A stretch of DNA of 64,000 nucleotides from Trichoplax adhaerens (lineage: Eukaryota > Animalia > Placozoa), in the NCBI RefSeq assembly GCF_000150275.1, contig NW_002060950.1, positions 918,106-982,105 of the forward strand. Reading direction: 5' to 3'. Positions within the stretch are counted from its first letter, which is position 1. The number at the start of each line of letters is the position of its first letter. The notes beneath the pieces are model-generated. The model was given only the letters and a program-made list of their open reading frames with translations. It was not told where the DNA came from and did no database searches. The position numbers and the translations under genes are program-made. This document shows positions 1 to 12,570 of this stretch, in pieces.

Positions 1-283
1 TATCTAGAGTATTGTATTGTTGCTAAATCTAGTCGAATGTTTGCTGTAGGTTAAAGGAAGTTATGTGCTTTGTAGCTAAATATTTTATAAATCAATGCAG
101 TATTCCAAGGCCATTTACTATTATACTTGATATTTTAAACATCAACATGCATATAATATATATAAGATACGGATATACATGCAACATTTACATAATAAAT
201 TAACTAGTAAGATTACAGTTGTAGAATTGTTCGCTTAATTCTGCAGACACAAAGACTTATAGCTTTAAGGTGCTAACACTTTA

Positions 284-2917
284 TCAGTTGACTTGATAGA
301 TGGTAAAGATATAGAGAGCAATAATTAGGGTTAGTTGGAATAGAAAATGTATATAATTCCTTCTATTTATATATTGTGAGTCGACATTTCTGCTTGTGTA
401 CTGACTATGCTCGCTCTTCGTTTGGGCTTTACCTCCATTACTTACGATAGTATCATTAGGTAAGGTAGTGATGGCGGCTTTTAATCCACTATTTTCAGTG
501 ATATTTCTCGTAGCGTTGAAATTCCTTGACACCAAGTCTTGCCATTTTGCTATATTCAAATAAGCTTCATTATTATTGATGCAGGTAAAAGTATCAGTTG
601 GCGTATGTAGTGTTCCATGAAGTTGCTGAGCAAGACTGCCATTTGATGTCAGTACGTGTCGAAAATCGGATTTTATTTTGTCGATTAATGTCACAGTATT
701 TTTTAGACAAATCCTAACGTACGGGCTGATGTTAATACAAGTCAATTTCTCTAGGAATAATAACTCTATTGCTTTTCTTTCTTCTTCTTGATTTAATTCA
801 AAGTAGTGACGAAATAAATGATCGATAGCATCTATTTGTAAAGCGTCTTCGAACGCGTATAGGATAGTATTTTTCCATTTTTCCACTTCCTGCCAGTAAT
901 TACATTGAACTAACATTACTCTATTACTTTTAGGTATGCTTGGATTCTTAATAAGAGCCAGGAAATGATGTTGATACTCATTTTCTAAGCCTGTAGATTT
1001 TAAGATAATTAAAACGGCATTAAGAATATCTTTAAATAATTCTGTATTGCTCTCAAATTGTAAATGTGATATTAGAAAGGTTATTAGAGTTTTTTTCTCG
1101 ATAGTCATAGCATCGCTTGTTAAATGTTGTAAAGCTTTTTTTCGAATTGCTGTTACGCTATATTTCGTTGCTAAATATTGAACTTGCTCTCGGTTAAGTT
1201 TCTGCAAGACCAATAATTGTTCAACAATTTGATTTCTAACTAATTCATTACTGGATGATGTACATGTAGAATCTATAATAACTAACCATAGATACTGAAG
1301 AATTGTTGAGGAATGATAATCTTGCTGTATCCAAAGAATAAAAATACGGATAATTTTTACTCTAGTCTCTACATAAGTATCATCTTTCAAGACTGATACC
1401 AATGTTGATAAATTAGCTTCAAAATAAGAATCACTTAATTCACTGTATTCTTGTAAAATATTGATTGCTTTGATCTTATTACTTTCATGTTGAGAAGAAA
1501 GAAGAATGCTTTGAACTATTTCTACCTGGCAAGCATTATATTTACAAATTAATACTTTTTCAATAGCTAACCGCACAGTTGAATCAAAATGGATATTATC
1601 CTCTTTAAGACAAAGCCATAACTTAGCCCGAATTTTATCCCCTAGAACATTGCTGTAATAATTAGCAAAATTAGCAAGAATATCAATTAAGTAACATTGC
1701 TGTACTGGATCAATGCCTCTATCCTCTAGAAGTTGCTTAAAAATTTCATTAACCGCTTGATTAGCATGTATTTCGAGGCGATATGTTTTAAATATTTGAT
1801 CTAATGATTTAAGTAATAATCGACGGATATATGGATTTGAAGCATGGCCAAATAAATTGGAAAAAGATACAGCAACCTGGTGTATCACTTTTGAATATAA
1901 TTCAAATTCATTTGGACATTCGATGATAAATTCTGTGAGGCTATGAATGATAATTTCTTGTTGATGATTCGCTGATGAATTATATTGTTCAATTAACCAC
2001 TGACATATTTGGCAACCAATTATATCATAATTATTTAAAATATGAACTAAATTAGATTTAGCAATGGTCAAGATTTGTAAGATGCTACAAGAATAAGTGA
2101 CATTGATTAAATTGGAGTATAGCTTATCTATTATTAAATTTGTCGGCAATATGATGTTAATCATATCGTTCATTAAACGAAACGAAGAATCATTTTGTAG
2201 TATTTTAACAGCCAACTGAATACTTTGACATAAGATACTAACTTGCTGATTAGATGATAAATTGGTTATTGGGCCTATTAGCGGAGAGTCTTTCATCTTT
2301 AACAATTCTATTGCTAATTCTTGCCATGGGTAGGATGGAGAATGAAGATGAATGATTTTATTAATGCCACATAAGCCTATGGATATATACCGGATACTTT
2401 CTCTGGATAATATTAAATTTTGATACAAGATAAAAAATTGGCTATGATTATTGTCGATATAAGGAACTAATTTGCTGGCTGTAAGGCTATGTTGCTTAGT
2501 AAGTCGATTTAAAAGAGTTTGATCGCGACCTAGGATATCAACAACATGATTGTGTAGCATACAAGGCGATGCTTGAAAAAATGATGTATCTACGATAAAA
2601 TAAAGTAATGAATAAACTTGAGTTCTTGTGGTCGATTTCATCTTCCGATGGTGATAGATGTAAATGCGGCATAGAGCAATAATTAAAATTGTAAGGTAAG
2701 GTTTAAAATTGGATCCATGAACTCGAGATATAAAGTAGCGGATAATATCATCTAATTGAGTCAGATTTTCTTGGATAATACGTAAAAAAAGATCAATCTT
2801 TTTCTTATGGCTCTGGTTATCGATTAAAATATTTTCTAAACTCTGATGCAATCGTTTCGTTTTGAAATTGTTAGCCATCTTGTAGCCAGAGTCTTTGTAG
2901 AATGACTTTCTCACCAA
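284..2917 (-). CDS. Intronless HEAT/ARM-like alpha-solenoid protein with C-terminal hydrophobic tail; paralog of 13398-15626
   Basis: 877-codon uninterrupted ORF in AT-rich DNA (listed start is TTG; first ATG is MANNFK near 2878). L/I/Q-rich helical segments with HEAT-like motifs (VETRVKIIRIF, AIRKKALQHL). C-terminal YIHFLFQLTLIIALYIFTIY is TM-like. Aligns by eye with the C-terminal half of the 742-aa ORF. Confidence 0.75.
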   Translation of the reverse strand: MVRKSFYKDSGYKMANNFKTKRLHQSLENILIDNQSHKKKIDLFLRIIQENLTQLDDIIRYFISRVHGSNFKPYLTILIIALCRIYIYHHRKMKSTTRTQVYSLLYFIVDTSFFQASPCMLHNHVVDILGRDQTLLNRLTKQHSLTASKLVPYIDNNHSQFFILYQNLILSRESIRYISIGLCGINKIIHLHSPSYPWQELAIELLKMKDSPLIGPITNLSSNQQVSILCQSIQLAVKILQNDSSFRLMNDMINIILPTNLIIDKLYSNLINVTYSCSILQILTIAKSNLVHILNNYDIIGCQICQWLIEQYNSSANHQQEIIIHSLTEFIIECPNEFELYSKVIHQVAVSFSNLFGHASNPYIRRLLLKSLDQIFKTYRLEIHANQAVNEIFKQLLEDRGIDPVQQCYLIDILANFANYYSNVLGDKIRAKLWLCLKEDNIHFDSTVRLAIEKVLICKYNACQVEIVQSILLSSQHESNKIKAINILQEYSELSDSYFEANLSTLVSVLKDDTYVETRVKIIRIFILWIQQDYHSSTILQYLWLVIIDSTCTSSSNELVRNQIVEQLLVLQKLNREQVQYLATKYSVTAIRKKALQHLTSDAMTIEKKTLITFLISHLQFESNTELFKDILNAVLIILKSTGLENEYQHHFLALIKNPSIPKSNRVMLVQCNYWQEVEKWKNTILYAFEDALQIDAIDHLFRHYFELNQEEERKAIELLFLEKLTCINISPYVRICLKNTVTLIDKIKSDFRHVLTSNGSLAQQLHGTLHTPTDTFTCINNNEAYLNIAKWQDLVSRNFNATRNITENSGLKAAITTLPNDTIVSNGGKAQTKSEHSQYTSRNVDSQYINRRNYIHFLFQLTLIIALYIFTIYQVN

Positions 2918-3199
2918 GAGTAATAATTTTTTTAGACTAGTATTGGGGTATCTAGAAAGATTTTTTAGGTAATTATAAACCTAGAATTATAGTAAAGGTG
3001 TCTTTGTATTCAGCTTTCAATATAGGATTATTTTTCAAGAATAAAATGATTTGTATCTAGTATTCACCATAGATTACTTTTAAGAGTTGAAGCTAAAAAT
3101 AATTTAGCTTAATTCAATAACTTGTGAATGTTTAGCCACTCTTTCTCTCTGTAACAGAATGAATTGCTGTAGATAGGCATTTTACGTAATATCGCTACA

Positions 3200-5160
3200 G
3201 ATTTAAAACAGCCATTTATCCATTTCAGTCGATATCTACAAGAAAATGAGAGAGTGAAAACAATGTAATAGTGTCAAGTCCTACAACGAATACATTTTGC
3301 AAAATGTCTCCAAATAAGATGGTATAGTAAAGTTAAAATTACAACGAATCTGATTCGAGTATATGGTAAGCTCTACAACTTATCATTTCAACCGAATTCC
3401 CCTCCACTTATTAAGTAGTTTTACAGTTTAAAATTGTCTCTAATTGGATTAACGAAATTGTTCTACGTTCAATAAGATCAAGACATATGTCTCTCTGTGG
3501 ATTAGCTTAGGCTAGCCATCATTACAAACTTCCAATGCAATAAGAACGTTTCGATAATTTCATTCAAAATTAACTTAAGTATCAGAAGAAAGAATTGAAA
3601 GGAGATTTTACTTGGAAATAATAATTTATTGCAAAATCTATTTTCGCATTACTAATCACTAAGATTCGACAGGTTAGGAATGAAAGATGATAGTAAAAGG
3701 AATCATTCACTTCTAGTTGCTATTAGAAACATCCTTACGGATTAATGTCCGAAGGTATCAATCTGAATTATAACGATAATATTAAAACTGTTGCCTAATA
3801 GGAAACTCCGTAGAAGAGAAGAATGTTATTCTATAACATAGTCAATGAATGATAGTGGATGAAATTCATTCAGGACTGCTCAAAAGAGAATAATCGCATA
3901 ATTATAGCTACTCTTGTAGATTAGAATTCATACAATCTTCCTATTCATGCCTTGATTGAGGCTAGATATAAATACGCATGAAAATAATAGCTTTACCTCT
4001 GTAATAGAGCTAAATCAAGACCAAATACTGGAAATGTGGCAATTTCTGTACTTGGAAGAGCAGCTCAACCTAACAAAATTACCCCAATTCTCCTTAATAA
4101 GATTTTAAGTTCAAACTTTTAAATACTGTTAGTAACTCAAAGTCTTGACCGAAAGAGCACTATTGGTAATTTCACGTCATTGTTTGATGAATTCTATATT
4201 TGGATTCTAAAGTAAATAAACTCTAGAATTTGATTCAAGTTATGCGTTATTCGTATTTTCTAATGATAATCACAATATAGGTGCAAAATTCAACTCTACT
4301 TCAATGATAGATTGCCTGTAACACTTTTAATAGACCTGACAACCATTAATTAAACAGCACTAGTGAATTTCTTGAGCATGTACCATTAATATTTAATGCC
4401 TTGAGATTTAGTCAAAACTATGTAGAATAGAAATCGGAAATAGTGGTACGAATGCTTGTGAATAGATTGCCTGTAATCAGCTGCTCAAGTCACTTTCAGG
4501 GTAAAGACAGAAAGGAGATTTCATAAATGAAATGATGTACCTTTCTACGGAAATACTTCAACTATATAAGGTTCTTGATAATATTAATTGCTTTGGATAT
4601 ACTGTATAAGAGTATTCTATTCAACGTATCGAAACGATATTGAGATGAGCTCAGGAATAAATATTTTTAAGAAATCACTGTCTTGAATGAATAAAAGTAT
4701 CCACCATTTCTATGTCATTCTATAAATGCTATATGAGCAAAGATTAAAAGGAAATGAAAGTATTTGAAAGAACGTTGCTGGGCAATTTTTTTAATCTACT
4801 TCATCACAGACTTTAAAAACGAGCTTAGAACAAAATTTCTCATGAAATCTAGATATTATCATAGATAACTATCTGCTCTGCTAGATCAATCTTAAAGTTG
4901 ACAAGATTCTATAAACTTTTATAGAACTAATTCCGTATGTAATTCGTTTACTACAGTATTCTATCATGCTGGAAATATGTTTTCAGCCTTTTGATGGAAA
5001 GAAATTATCCACGCTATTGAGACAAACATTAAAATAATTGAAATCTAAAGAATGTTAGATTTCAAGAATATGTAAACGCTTATGGATTTACTTCTGCATG
5101 CATTTAATTTATTAGAACATTCTATGATGTTAGAAATAGGAGGTTTTCATTCTTTTGATC
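3200..5160 (+). pseudogene. Possible decayed alpha-helical/HEAT-like coding relic
   Basis: Protein-like + strand fragments broken by stops and frameshifts, e.g. LLVAIRNILTD and NVAISVLGRAAQPNKITPILLNKILSS. No intact ORF. Confidence 0.25.
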
Positions 5161-5239
5161 AACAATTCCAAGGCCAAAAATGATTACTACTAAATTTAAT
5201 TAATTACATAAAAATTAAAATAATTAGCTAATAAGGGGA

Positions 5240-6350
5240 GCAATCATAGCATAAGCATATTAAAGTGGATGTATAATTATTTTAATTACATGCTAGGTTG
5301 AGAATTGTCTTTGAATATCTTGATCGAATAAATTCTAACCGACTTTAAACAAGTTAACGGTGTTAAGGTTCATTAAAAAAGTAATTATACCATAAATGGA
5401 TTAATTAAGGTAGATGTATACTAGTAATTATTTCAGTTGTATACTAACCTTAAAATTTATGTTGAGTATATTTAATTAAAAGGAATAAATTCTAATCGAC
5501 CTTAAAAATTGAACGATATTAAAGCTTATTAAAAAGAGTAATAATACTATAAATATATTGAGGTAGATGTACTCGTCCACTCATAATTATCCTCATTACA
5601 TGCTAAAGTGAGAATTTACGTTGAATATTCAGAAGGAACAACTTCTAACCGACTTTAACAAATTAATGGTGTTAAAACTCATTAGCAAGAGTAATAATAC
5701 CATAAACGTATTACGCATTAAGGCAGAAGTACACTCGTAATTATCTACAGTAAATTGCATACCAAAGTGAGATTTTACGTTAAATATTCAAAAGGAATAA
5801 ATTCTAACTGATTTTAGTAAATTAACGATGTTAAAACGCATTAAGGTAGATATAGAACTATTTCAATTGCATGTCAAGGTGAGAATTTGCGCTGAATGTC
5901 TAAAAGAAATAACTTCTAGCCAACTTTAACAAATTAATGGTGTTAAAACTCATTAACAAGAGTAATTGGACCATAGACGTATTAAGGCAAATGTAGAACT
6001 ATCTCAATTGCATGCCAGAGTGAGAAATTTTCGTCGAATATTTAAAAGGAACAAATTCTAACCGTTTCCAGGGAGCTAATGGAGTAAACATTCTTAAGAG
6101 TAGCAATCACATAATTGGATTAAGGTAGATGTATCTCAAAATTGCAGGTCAGAATAAGAATTTACGTTTAAAAGGAATCATTTTCTAACCGACTTTAATA
6201 AATGAACAAAGTTAAAGGGGATCAAAAAGAGTAATTATACCATAAACTGAGTAAGATAGGTGTATGATTACCTCAATTACACGTCGGATTGAGAATTTGC
6301 TTTTAGAAGAAATCATTTTCTAACCGATTTTAACAATCTAACAGCATTAT
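5240..6350 (+). repeat. Degenerate tandem array, ~8 units of ~110-160 bp, derived from a 2-LRR coding unit
   Basis: Recurring AAAGGAATAAATTCTAACCGACTTTAACAAATTAA motif near 5327, 5483, 5637, 5794, 5907, 6049, 6175 and 6310. 5642-5716 translates LLTDFNKLMVLKLISKSNNTINVLR; 6320 translates LTDFNNLTAL*HI (LRR pattern FxxLxxLxxLxLxxNxIxxL). Confidence 0.75.
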
Positions 6351-6779
6351 AGCACATTTGTTAATAAGCAGAGATGCTCAAATGCTTTATCTCCAATCAC
6401 CCATTCCATCGTGGACTGCTTTAACTGTTAAAGAGATTTAGCACTTGTACATAACAAGGTAGAATATTTTACCACTGCAGTAGACAGTAACATATCTTTG
6501 CGATGATAAAACGGATAATTGCATTTTAGAGGTGGAAAATAAATGTTTCTTATTTTGAAAATATCTTTTTCATTCAATTGGCATAAAAGAGAAAAGTCAA
6601 TAATAAGTGACAATAAAAATCTTCCTTGTTATTATTACTATGTTCTATACAAAGTTCCTTCAAAGCTATTAATATATTATTTGATTGAAATTGATGATTA
6701 AAATTTTCTGGCTAAGGAAGAAATGCTATCTTCTGATATATTACTGCTTAATATTGATTATAATGGACTCCAGTATCAC

Positions 6780-8140
6780 CGAGGATGGATCTGGAATCAT
6801 TCTTAGTACTCTCTATCTAGCCGTTAATCGTAGATTAAAATGAATTAATCTATTTTTCGATTCTAGTCATAACAGGAATCTCGTATGAAACGATGATTTT
6901 CTCATTTTAAGATGAGCTAGAAGGGAAGTGTTACTGTCCTATTGAATGTTATTTAAACATTAGTATCGTTATAATACCCTTCTGAGTGAGTTAAAGAATC
7001 CCCAGTGAGATTGGATCTGGAATTATTTTTAGCTCTCTTTAAATAAACGTCGATGGTAGATTAAGGTAAATTTATAGATTTCTCACATCAAGATATAAAG
7101 GAATTTTTAATGAAATGATTTCCTTATTTTACGACGAGAGCTAGGAAGGAAGTACTACCGTGCTGTCCGATGGAATACTACTTTAATATGAGCATCATTA
7201 CAATACACTTCTGCATCATCAAGAAAAGATCTGGGATCATTTTTAGCACTCTTCATTAGACTGTTAATTGTAGATTAAAGTGTATTAATCTATTTCTCAC
7301 ATCTAGCTATATAAGAAATCGTAAATGAAACGATTGTCTTATTTTATGACTAGCTAGAAATGAGGCGTTACTGTCTGGTGCAATATTACTTTAACATTAG
7401 TATCGTTCTAATGCACTCCTGAGTCAGTGATGAATCCTCTGTGAAGATGGATCTGGAATTATTTTGAGCTCGCTTTATACAACTACTGATGGTAGAATAA
7501 AGTAAATTAATGCATTTGTCTCATCTAGGTATAGAAAGATTCTTGAATGAAACGATTCTCTTATTTTAAGAGGAACTAGAAAGGAAGTTCTACTGTCCGA
7601 GAGATTATGAATTTAATATCAGTATCCTGCTAATGCACTCCTGGATAACAGGATAGATCTATGATTATTCTTATTACTTTTTATATATCGATTGATTATA
7701 AATTAAAGCAAAATGATTTGGTTCTTAATTCTAGGAATAAAAGGAATTATTAATGGAACATTTTCTTATTTGAAAACGAACTTGAGAGGAACGATAGACG
7801 TCCGACGTAACACTACTTCAATATTAGAGTCGTTATAATACAATCCTGCATGACTTAGGGTGGGTTGCTACCATTACCGGCTATAGATTAAGCTAAATGA
7901 ATTTCTTAATTCTATGCGGAAAAGAACCTTTAAAGAAACGATTTCTTAACTTATGATAAATTAGAAAGGAAAACTTCCATTGTTAAACACAATTCTGAAT
8001 AACTGAGGATGGATTTGTGATTGTTTTTCGCGCTTCTTGATATCATTCTTGGTTATAGATTAAAAGTCAATTGATTTATTTCTTAATTCTATACAAAAAC
8101 GGTACCTATAAGCGAAATAATTTTCTTATTTTAAGAAGAA
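6780..8140 (+). repeat. Degenerate tandem array, ~6 units of ~207-226 bp (about 3 LRR lengths), LRR-derived
   Basis: GATCTGGAAT-type anchor at about 6787, 7013, 7228, 7449 and 7656. Fragments KFIDFSHQDIKEF (7068) and DLESFLVLS. Confidence 0.7.
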
Positions 8141-8149
8141 ATTAAGGGT

Positions 8150-9010
8150 CTTTGGCTGATATAATGGCCTGACTAAGAATGGATATGTATTTATTGCAAT
8201 AATACGATGGTCATATCTATCAGGAGATTGTTAACCAGCTTGAATAGGAGCTGAAACTATCATTCAACTGCTCTTACTCGTATCTGGAAGTTGGTCACCA
8301 GGTTTTCCCAAAAATTGGAACTATCATTAGTAAAATGATCATGTCCTTCAATTACATGTGCATCAGTATGTTATTAACCAGTTTATAAATGGAAACTATC
8401 ATTTATAGGACATCCTTTAACTACTTATTAATCAGGAAGTTGTTCATCAGCTGATGAAAAATTGAAACTATTATTAATAAAATGATTGTTCTAATCTTGG
8501 CTAGTTCTAGTTCAACCGTTGATGGAGTAGCTTTGATTAAACAAGAATAGATCAAATCATTACACATGAATATGACTTGGATACTTTTTCTACTAACCTG
8601 TACATTCGCTATTTGCCCACGAAAACAAAATGAATTTTCTTCTACTTTGCCAGTAATGAAAAGCATCTTTAGTAAAATGATTTTCAAGACTTTATGAGTC
8701 TTAGTGCCACTGTTAGAGTCGTTACTTTGAGCCACAAAGATTGAATATCTAATTTTAAGGATAGTATCGCAATTCTTTTTCTATTGGTGCTTTAACAGAG
8801 ATTGAATGTGTAAGTTGATGATACGATTACAATGCCTTTCTATCGGTGCCTTAACAGAGATCGAATACGTATGTAGACGATAGGAATATGATATTTTACT
8901 GTCGGTAAATTATAAGCCAACCGTTAATGTCGTTCTTTTGAGTAACAGAGACCGAATATGTAAAGTTAAGGATAGGATTGTGATCCTTTTCTTTTAGCAC
9001 CTTAGCTCGA
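8150..9010 (+). pseudogene. Decayed LRR relic including a short ~58-bp-unit array (8730-9000)
   Basis: YNGLTK (~8160), TKIEYLILR (8734), GALTEIEYVC (8845) and LTEIECVS. Repeated TAACAGAGATYGAAT motif. Confidence 0.55.
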
Positions 9011-10679
9011 CATCGACTATAATTTGACTAATCTTCCGGTGGATTCGGAATGAATTGAAACTATTTTTAAAAAGGATTGCTGTCGTCAATTTAGACCCAC
9101 TAAAATGGAATAAGCAGTCCTTAGATGACGATGTTCTGCTACTAATTTGTACTTTGAAATTGGTCATTTGCCAACATAATTGATTTCTGCCAAAGCTTCA
9201 GAATAAAACAGATCTCTTATGAATATAGACTATAGTATATTACAGAACCGGTAGTAGAAGATCCGTGGTTAGATTAATAGTGTTCTTAATATTGTTATTT
9301 CTCCCAACGATAGAAGCTGTAGATAATCAGTTCTGTATAAGATTACTCAGGCTTGATCAATCAATGCCCACTTAAATCCATTGATTTGCATTTTAATTTG
9401 TTCAATGACAAAAGTCTCGAATAAGGTCATTGACTAGATTAAGTTCTATTCTTATTGTTCCAATTCATTAACCTGTAAGAAATATTCAAATCAACTATTT
9501 TAATAAGCTTTTTGTATTTATTTGAAAGTGCCATTAGAACCCCGTTGATCGAAAAATTCAGTTAATAAAGCTTTATGCCGCTGCAGTTCTTGCCTATTAT
9601 AATTAATGAGACTTTAAAGCAGAAAGTAACTAATTAGAAATTTTTTTACGATTGCGTAACCAATGAATCGATTTGGATGGAGATTTTGAAAGTTTAATAG
9701 ATAGAAGGCAATAAGATTGAAAAATTCTAGACCAATTTCTGACTAATATACGAAATTTAGGCAGTTTAGGAAACTAATGAATAGGCTTTAATTATATAGT
9801 TATGTACGATTCCAGATGGGCAAAAAGCAATATAATTAATAAGAAATTTTTAGAGCTATTTAATTCTTGTCAAGATACGCTAATAGCCAGCTTACAGATA
9901 TTACCATATCTATAGGCTGGAATAAAAATATCAAACTTTTCACCTTTCTGCAGTCAAACGGAGAATTTTAAAGAAGAGAGAGTAATCAATTCTGCAGAGA
10001 TGTTAAATTCAATAATCGTATTTGTTTACAAATGAATTAGATATATTTTACACCTACCATTAGTGATATCTTAGACTTTTTTAACCCTTATGTGAATTTC
10101 ATTTCCATGATAGGGTCTTAAATATCGATCTACTACTATAAAGCATGCATTTACAATATATTGCCAAGATTAAAATTTTTTAGTATGAAGTGCTAACTGT
10201 TATTCCTAACAATCATACTATGAAATAAGGATAAAGAGGAAATGAAATGGACTACTTGAAATTATGACAATACTGCGTATAAGCCATGATTTCGTGGTGT
10301 GATAATTAATTTTTTTCTTAACTTTGACAAGATTTTTGCAAAATAACGATTGAAAGTTGATTAAACCACCAACTAAAATATATTCTCATACTTTTCTATT
10401 CATATTGATATCAGGAAAAGATTCGATATTTGATGAATATCTTGTGCTATAAATCCCATACAGTAGATTACAAATGGAACATATCGGGAAGCATGCACTG
10501 TGTATCAAGTAGCTTACTTCTGCACTAAAACATACTGCCGATTAGAGATTGTATAACGACTAATTTCAACACTTCGCTTTACGATTACATTGTACTTGAA
10601 ATTCGACAGGATATGGGTAAAGTGATAGAATCATTCAAATTTTAAAAAGAAAACTATGACTGCTTAATGTCTAGATCAA

Positions 10680-11900
10680 CTAAGATGCAACAAGTTAGAA
10701 CCATCCTAATAGAATAGTAGTGAGCGAATGTTTACATGAATCTAATAAAATTTATTTTTCACAGTCGGTCAGATACATCTTTCAAACAGATATAAATCGC
10801 ACTCTTAGTATCGCTACTCTATATGACAATTCAATTTGCTCCCGATATGATATACTTTAACGGTACAAAATACCATAAATTATATAAAATTGGCCATAAC
10901 TCAGGGGTAGCTTTGAACTCAGAACTATCCTAACAGAAGAGTAGCGAGCGAATGTTTGCCAACAGCAAATAAACTATTCTTTAAGTTAAAGTCGATCAGT
11001 ACTTTCAAAAACTGATAGAAATTAAATTCTTAGCGCTATAACTGCGTTTAATAATTCTGTCTTGACATGTTATACTTTAATAACGGTACATGATCACATA
11101 AACGATAGGAAATTGGCTATAACTCGAAAATATTTTTGACTCAGAACTATTCCAATCGAACAGTAGCAACCGCATGTTTGCGAAAAACAATTACAATCAC
11201 AATTATTTTTGCAGTCAGTTGGTTAGATCTTTCAGACCTATATATATGGAACTCTTGGCACGGCTGCCATATATAACAATTCTCTCCCGATAAGGTATAC
11301 TGTACTTTAACGATACAAGACACTATAAATCGTAGAAAATTAAACATAACCCGAGGATAACTTTGAACTCGGAACTATCTTAATAGAACAGTAGCGAGTG
11401 GGTGTTTGCTAGAAACAAATAAAATTATTCTTTACAGTCAATAGTTACATTTCAAACTGATACAAATAGAATCCTTAGCGTTATTACGGTACTGGTATGC
11501 AACAATTTCGTCCTGATATGATATATTTGAAGGATACATGATAGTATAAATGATCGGAAATTGGCCATCACTCGAGGATATTTTTGAACTCAAAACTATC
11601 CTAATGGAACGGTAGCGAATGAATGTTTGCTAGCAGTAAATAAAAACTATTCTTTACAGTCAATTTGTACCCAAAAAATTATAGAAATCGAATTCTCTGC
11701 ACTATCACTATATGTGATGATTCTGCCCCGATATGACATACCGTACATTAATAACGGTACGTGATAGTATAGAAGATAGGAAATTAGCTATAAATCGAGG
11801 ATATCTTTGAACTCCATAATAGCAGCGAGCGAGTGCTTGCTAGAAACAAATAAAACTATTCTTTACAATTAATTGATCACGTTTCAAACTATTATAAATT
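10680..11900 (+). repeat. Degenerate tandem array, ~5 units of ~221-228 bp, LRR-derived
   Basis: GAACTCAGAACTATCC-type anchor at about 10920, 11142, 11370 and 11591. 11003 translates FQKLIEIKFLAL*; another copy gives KLIQIESLALL. Confidence 0.75.
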
Positions 11901-12169
11901 GAATCATTTTTCCTACTAAATGTATTATTTTAATATTCAGACATATACTATATAGCAGCCATAATAATTCGTTATTTTAGAAAGCCATATTCCAATATTA
12001 AACTAGTAATAATTATATGAAAGGTGTAATATTTCATGACTAGCTACATTTATCTGCAATAGTCTAATAGCGTCTAACGTGATTAATAAAAGAAAAGCTA
12101 ATTGAAAACGTCCTAATAACTCCGCCTTAAAAAAAAATAGTTTTGTGGTATTTTGTTTACAATTAATTA

Positions 12170-12570
12170 TTCATCTATGATAGGAAAAATTAATATGGTT
12201 TAATTTAAAGACCACACGTGCAATGAGACTTTTAAGGTGCATTTTGTTAATAATAATTATCAATTACTATAGAAGAATTAGTAATTTAGCTAAAATATTG
12301 CACCTTTAATGAGACTTTTATGCTGCATTTATTAACAAGAATTAATCAATTATAGGAAGAATTAATAGTTTAGCAAAAAGATCATACGTATAAAGAGACT
12401 TTTCATGTTGCATTTTGTTAACAACAATCAATCTTTTTTAGGAAGAATTAATAGTTTAGCTAAAAGATCATACTATGGTCGTATGATGAGACTTTTCTAT
12501 TTGGTTAATAGCGATTAGTTTCTCATAGAAAGAATTAATCGTTTAGTAAAAGGTCGTACGTGTAATGATA
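12170..12570 (+). repeat. Degenerate tandem array, ~4-5 units of ~85-90 bp, LRR-like
   Basis: Repeated GAAGAATTAATAGTTTAGC...GAGACTTTT. 12441 translates GRINSLAKRSY (IxxLxxxxF/Y). Confidence 0.65.

Noticed and set aside
5240-12570. LRR arrays as functional one-LRR-per-exon genes
   Set aside because: No consistent splice sites at 72-bp spacing, and stops and indels fall inside the LRR-like segments.
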